Shown here: in pieces, positions 6,104 through 10,220 of the stretch | Layout of the letters: each line of letters opens with the position of its first letter | Numbering within the stretch: the stretch's first letter is position 1 | Assembly (NCBI GenBank): GCA_016839785.1 | Contig: JAEOTQ010000103.1 | Span: 1 to 10,220, forward strand | Direction of reading: 5' to 3' | DNA length: 10,220 bases | Source: Candidatus Hodarchaeota archaeon | GTDB lineage: Archaea > Asgardarchaeota > Heimdallarchaeia > Hodarchaeales > Hodarchaeaceae | The notes under the pieces: model-generated | What the model was told of the DNA's origin: nothing | The model's database searches: none | The model's input: only the letters and a program-made list of their open reading frames with translations | Translations under genes and position numbers: made by a program

Positions 6104-7435
6104 ATGGCTGATGTAACCGACAAAATTAAAGAAGCTTTACAAGCTGGGAGATCGGGCCAAGTCAGTCGAAAAACCCCATATGAGCGTTTTGGATTCCAAC
6201 AGAACCCTTTTCAGCTGAAATCTCATAGTACTGAAGAATCATTCATTATGCGTGAAGATGTATTAGTTAATTTTGCTACCCAAATTGGCTACGCAATTCG
6301 ATTGTTTGAAGAAGATTCTTCTTCGCCATTTCGTCATCAGCTCACTCATGGGTTACACGGTAGTGGAAAAACTACTATTGCTCAACATTTCACTGAAGAA
6401 TGGGAAAAATTTGGTTTCAAAGATTACGAAACAATTTTTACCAGTTTAAAGAACTGGCGAGAACCTCATCAAGCTCGTGGGTTATATAGTGCCTCCTCAA
6501 AAACTCTACAGACCTATGAACGCTTTCTTAATGAAATACTCAGAGCAACAAAACCGCTTATTGTTTTTGTTGACGATTTTGATTATACGATAACAGGTAC
6601 TTCTGCTATTCCACGTTGTACTGAATTCTTTGCTGATATCGTCTCTAGAGCCCCCTTTGGTGTAATAATTATTGCATTCGTAAGTAGTCTAACTCTTACC
6701 ATCCTTGCAGAAACCGAGAATACCAATCTTTCAAGATCTTTTTATTCCAATTTCAACCCAGATCATTTCTTTTTCCCAGTCTTTTCAAAAACAGAAGTTC
6801 GTCAGCTACTTACCAAACGTCTGTGGGATGTTCGTAAACCCATTGACCTATTCTCCGTGAAATCTTTAGAAGTTATAGCAGATTATAGTATGGGACTTCC
6901 TACAATTGCTTTGAAAATTGCCTCCGCTTGTTTACATGAATTAATTACACAAAATCTTGAAAGAATGACCTCATCCTTAGTAATGAATGTTATTAATCAA
7001 TCTGGCTTTCGTAATGCTGTATCATTGATCGAATCTTTGGATCGTGACGAGGGGGAAGATTCAGTAAACATTCTCACGCCCAAACGTCGTGACATTGTCA
7101 TTTCTATCCTTCAACATCAAACACGAGAACGATACTTTTTCCCGCCAACAGGTGTAGATGGCTTACGGATATCAAATCTTGCACAACAATTTGGTGTTAA
7201 CTTATCGACAATGAATTATCACATCAAACCTCTTACTCAAACCGAACCATTTCCTATTCTCGAGAGTCAAGATGATGTTCATGATGCGCGATCGAAGATA
7301 TTCAAGGTCGATATGAAAACTCCGGTAGCTAGTGCACTTGAGATATTAACTGTACACTATAAACTGCAACCTGAACGCTACCATGTTAGTACACATTCAA
7401 TACAAGTAGAGCGGCAGGAGGCTGAAAAAAGTTGA
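6104..7435 (+). CDS. AAA+ P-loop ATPase with C-terminal winged helix-turn-helix (divergent Cdc6/Orc1- or ExeA-like)
   Basis: YERFGFQQNPF N-terminal motif, Walker A GLHGSGKT (6350-6373), Walker B IVFVDDFD (6560-6583), FPVFSKTEVRQLLTKRL lid motif, SMGLP sensor-2 helix, and HTH ISNLAQQFGVNLSTMNYHIKPL with a MarR-like wing DDVHDARSKIF. GAGG SD upstream. Confidence 0.85.
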   Translation: MADVTDKIKEALQAGRSGQVSRKTPYERFGFQQNPFQLKSHSTEESFIMREDVLVNFATQIGYAIRLFEEDSSSPFRHQLTHGLHGSGKTTIAQHFTEEWEKFGFKDYETIFTSLKNWREPHQARGLYSASSKTLQTYERFLNEILRATKPLIVFVDDFDYTITGTSAIPRCTEFFADIVSRAPFGVIIIAFVSSLTLTILAETENTNLSRSFYSNFNPDHFFFPVFSKTEVRQLLTKRLWDVRKPIDLFSVKSLEVIADYSMGLPTIALKIASACLHELITQNLERMTSSLVMNVINQSGFRNAVSLIESLDRDEGEDSVNILTPKRRDIVISILQHQTRERYFFPPTGVDGLRISNLAQQFGVNLSTMNYHIKPLTQTEPFPILESQDDVHDARSKIFKVDMKTPVASALEILTVHYKLQPERYHVSTHSIQVERQEAEKS

Positions 7436-7507
7436 AGATAACCCGGAATGACATTTTTACTTTATTTAAATTTGAAATTTTTCCAAAAGAGAGTCCAATA
7501 ATAGTTG

Positions 7508-7936
7508 ATGAAGGAATTAATCGTGCCAAGTAATCTAGAACTCTTACCTCTTAAAGATCTTACCTCTGAATATTGTCGATTGCGTGGATTAACCATCGAT
7601 CAGAATACATCTAGGGCCAGTAATCGTCGTTGGGATTTTGTCATTCAAAATGGTGGTGACAAGGAAGGTATCGGAATTACCATAAAGGACTGGAAACGTG
7701 CCGTAGGGGTGGATATTATTATTCGAGCTGAGCAGTTAATGAAGGCCAGTCGTTACGTTTCAAAAGTTCTACTAGTATCTAATCATTTTTCTGATCCTGC
7801 CCGGTCATTAGCAGAAAAAATTGGTATTTTTTTATTAACTAAGAATGACCTGATCGAAATCATTTCAGATTCTGATTCCCCACAGGGACCGTGGGAAGAC
7901 CGTTCAGATGATCATGAAAATATTGTCTTACAGTAA
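7508..7936 (+). CDS. Mrr-like restriction-endonuclease-fold (PD-(D/E)XK-like) protein, catalytic motif degenerate
   Basis: WDFV...IGITIKDWKRAVGVDII...VLLVSNHFSDPARSLAEKIGIFLLTKNDL follows the Mrr_cat pattern (D...QxK...VGV..V...ILVT...F...A...A....I.L....L). There is an in-frame TAG at 7502, so the start is TTG 7505 or ATG 7508. Confidence 0.8.
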   Translation: MKELIVPSNLELLPLKDLTSEYCRLRGLTIDQNTSRASNRRWDFVIQNGGDKEGIGITIKDWKRAVGVDIIIRAEQLMKASRYVSKVLLVSNHFSDPARSLAEKIGIFLLTKNDLIEIISDSDSPQGPWEDRSDDHENIVLQ

Positions 7937-7937
7937 A

Positions 7938-8369
7938 TCATTTTTGTAGCTGGAAATCTATAACAAAAGTTAGGAATACTAGTGTGGGAATGGTCTTCTG
8001 TACTCGTTGGTAATGATAAGCAAAATAATCGCCCCGGGGTGAGAACAGATCGAGCACGAAAGGGGATGTATTGGTTAGATCAAGAATTTTTTCAACTACC
8101 CACTTTTCTAATTTCTCCCCAAGAAGAATATATAGCTTTTTTCGCTTTTGGAAAATTAGAGGTAAATACAACTTATCCCAAAGTGATGAGGGAAGAAGTT
8201 CACATAGATAGTCTAATTCTCTTTTATTGATATCTGATATTTGATTATTTCTAAGTATTAATGAAGGTGTTTCATTCAACAATTTTAAAGAGATCTTTTT
8301 GCGAGGAAGAGAGTTGTATATTTTCTCTTTTTCAGTTTTCCATAACCCATTAATCAATCTCTTGGACAT
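7938..8369 (-). CDS. DUF61 (UPF0216) family protein
   Basis: NSLPRKKISL..L...P.L.LRN......KREL..L..LLP......L.LP.I pattern typical of archaeal DUF61. Confidence 0.75.
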   Translation of the reverse strand: MSKRLINGLWKTEKEKIYNSLPRKKISLKLLNETPSLILRNNQISDINKRELDYLCELLPSSLWDKLYLPLIFQKRKKLYILLGEKLEKWVVEKILDLTNTSPFVLDLFSPRGDYFAYHYQRVQKTIPTLVFLTFVIDFQLQK

Positions 8370-8469
8370 TGAAATTCTGAACTTCCTACAACACCATAAT
8401 AGACAATAGACCGGAATGCTCTAAGCCTAAACTTGTTGTGATTTGCTTTCCTAAGTCAGGATGCAGATA

Positions 8470-9174
8470 TTATCTTCTTCTTCTGAATTTTATATCAGTT
8501 GAATCTTCAGATTCAGTTTTGGATCCATCACTTATACGGGATTCTGCGAGTTCACGCAATTCTTTAAGCTTAGTTTTACTCTCTTTAATTGATCTTTCCC
8601 GTCTTGAGGCACTCGAACTTTCACTGCTTAGAGCTCGACCTCTTCTTCGAGAAGATACGATAGCCCAGGATAAAAGTCCTCCAGCAATTATCGTTCCTCC
8701 TCCTCCAAATATGATAATATTACCGACGTCATCGAAAGGGTTGTTAGTGGTAGTCGTGGTAGTTGTACTAGTTGTTGTGGTTTCAGAATCACCGCCAGAG
8801 GCATCATACAAAATTTCCAAAACTGTAACTCGAAAATAAAGATCGACACCATCACCATACGCATTTACCGCAGTAAATTGTTTTTCAACATTCACAGTTG
8901 CACCAACGATTCCTTCTTTAAAGGTTAGGACAAGCCCTGCATTAGCATCGGGAAATAAGGCCAAAATATTTGCGGGTACGGTAGATCCAGTTGTTAGATA
9001 AACAGAATTAATAGGCTGGTCTTCAACGGGCGGGGTGGAATAATCTGCTGTTTCATAACGCTTATAATGAACGTCAACAACATCACCCCAGTCGGCAATA
9101 GTGGCTGCGTTTATATTGCTCGTCGTATTTATCCAAAAGCAAAATAAGAGGACGAAAACAACCCATTTAACCAT
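8470..9174 (-). CDS. Secreted, membrane-anchored FKBP-like (PPIase-fold) protein with Thr-rich linker and charged cytoplasmic tail
   Basis: Signal peptide MVKWVVFVLLFCFW...INAA, GDVVDVHY, FKEGIVGA...EK, AYG, LYFRVTVLEI, a poly-Thr linker, a TM helix (IIIFGGGGTIIAGGLLSWAIV) and RRRGR stop-transfer. The start is likely ATG 9174 rather than 9204, because TTTAAATA on the minus strand abuts 9204 (9211-9204). Confidence 0.7.
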   Translation of the reverse strand: MVKWVVFVLLFCFWINTTSNINAATIADWGDVVDVHYKRYETADYSTPPVEDQPINSVYLTTGSTVPANILALFPDANAGLVLTFKEGIVGATVNVEKQFTAVNAYGDGVDLYFRVTVLEILYDASGGDSETTTTSTTTTTTTNNPFDDVGNIIIFGGGGTIIAGGLLSWAIVSSRRRGRALSSESSSASRRERSIKESKTKLKELRELAESRISDGSKTESEDSTDIKFRRRR

Positions 9175-9432
9175 ATAGGTTAGTTTAAAGGATGAATAAT
9201 GCATATTTAAAGCAGTTAATTAAAAATCTATATCTTTTACGTTTTTACTCTCAATTCTCCACTCTCACCAAATTAGTGTCGAAAGGATTATTAGACTTGT
9301 AGACAAACCAAGATTAATTATCACCCAAGCTTTATTAACAAACGATTGCTAAAAATGAATAAATACTTCCTTATTTGGCTGAAAAACTAAATATTATTGA
9401 AGATGGATAGAAAGAATATAAAATGAGGTTTT

Positions 9433-10215
9433 ATGATGCACAATCAATCATCAGAATTGGTTATTAGAACAGATGCGGATCAGACTATTTGTGAATGCAC
9501 CAGTGATATCTCCCCCGAATGGATCGTTGTCGGATTTCCTGGTCACGGCTTAGTGGGCAATATTGCTGCTAAACACATCATCAGTGAACTGGATTTAAAG
9601 TGGATCGGTTCAATCCGTTCTCCATTGATTCCTCCAGTATCTGTGTTCATTGATGGAGTTCTTGCATATCCCTATCGAATTTATGGTTGTAAAGATAAGA
9701 AAATTGGTGTTTTGATAGGCGAATCTCCGTGCCCCCCACAAGCATATTATTATTTAGCTCATGCAATGATGCAATGGGCAATTAATAATGGGACGAAGCA
9801 GGTTATTTGCTTAGATGGATTTATTGCAGACCCTCGTGAAAATAAATCCGACCAGGTTTATCTTGTTTGTGAACCTCAAGTCTATCAAGAGAATGAAGAA
9901 CTAAAGGATCATAATTTTCAAAAGCCGCATACTGGTTTTATTTCTGGTTTGTCAGGAGCAATTATGAATGAGGCTTTACTCAGTCCAATGGAAGGAATAT
10001 CACTTTTAACACCGATTTCAACACCTTATCCTGATCCTGGAGGAGCAGCGCGGCTGATTGCAGCATTAAGCAAGATCAAAAACCTTGATATTGATGTAAC
10101 AAAACTTTTAGCTGATGCAGAAAAGATTCAGAAATCTTTAATGGAGCTAGCGGACAAAAATCGTCAGATCTCGCAACAAGAAGCATTAGGACCAAGTAAA
10201 GGTCTTTACGTATAA
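9433..10215 (+). CDS. PAC2-family proteasome assembly chaperone (archaeal PbaA/PbaB-like)
   Basis: VGFPGHGLVGNIAAKHII, YPYRIY, GFISGLSG, YPDPGGAA and LDIDVTKLLADAEKI motifs, a C-terminal HbYX tail (-LYV), and a GAGGT SD at 9425-9429. Confidence 0.93.
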   Translation: MMHNQSSELVIRTDADQTICECTSDISPEWIVVGFPGHGLVGNIAAKHIISELDLKWIGSIRSPLIPPVSVFIDGVLAYPYRIYGCKDKKIGVLIGESPCPPQAYYYLAHAMMQWAINNGTKQVICLDGFIADPRENKSDQVYLVCEPQVYQENEELKDHNFQKPHTGFISGLSGAIMNEALLSPMEGISLLTPISTPYPDPGGAARLIAALSKIKNLDIDVTKLLADAEKIQKSLMELADKNRQISQQEALGPSKGLYV

Positions 10216-10220
10216 CTTGA

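Noticed and set aside
6104-7936. Transposon (TnsC/ExeA-like ATPase) or classical restriction-modification assignment
   Set aside because: No transposase, integrase, terminal repeats or methyltransferase in the window, and the catalytic motifs look degenerate.
7982-8230. 82-aa plus-strand ORF
   Set aside because: Antisense shadow of DUF61.
8438-8839. 133-aa plus-strand ORF with a poly-Val run
   Set aside because: Antisense of the FKBP-like gene. The Val run is simply the complement of the poly-Thr linker codons.

Overview
AT-rich archaeal chromosomal window, most likely from an Asgard archaeon (Heimdall/Hodarchaeales-like). This assignment is inferred from the gene mix: Hef, DUF61, a PAC2 protein with an HbYX tail, and a small CxxC-H-H 'LYVD..VR' protein. 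It holds about 11 genes: a 5'-truncated GT-C-type membrane glycosyltransferase, a small putative Zn-binding protein, a small coiled-coil protein, a nuclease-less Hef/FANCM helicase ending in a PIP-like motif, ArsC preceded by a decayed pstS fragment, a possible Tubby/LURP-fold protein, an AAA+/winged-helix protein plus an Mrr-fold (PD-(D/E)XK-like) protein, DUF61, a membrane-anchored FKBP-like protein and a PAC2 proteasome chaperone. The most interesting locus is 5243-7936. An ~860-bp non-coding region carries a repeated, near-palindromic TCGAA-N4-TTCGA-type motif around a very AT-rich core. It is followed by a Cdc6/Orc1- or ExeA-like ATPase-wHTH and a nuclease-fold partner, both of which appear to have lost catalytic residues. 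This could be an undescribed origin-binding or regulatory module. No rRNA, tRNA, CRISPR array or transposase was found. All family calls come from motif recognition by eye, not database searches.
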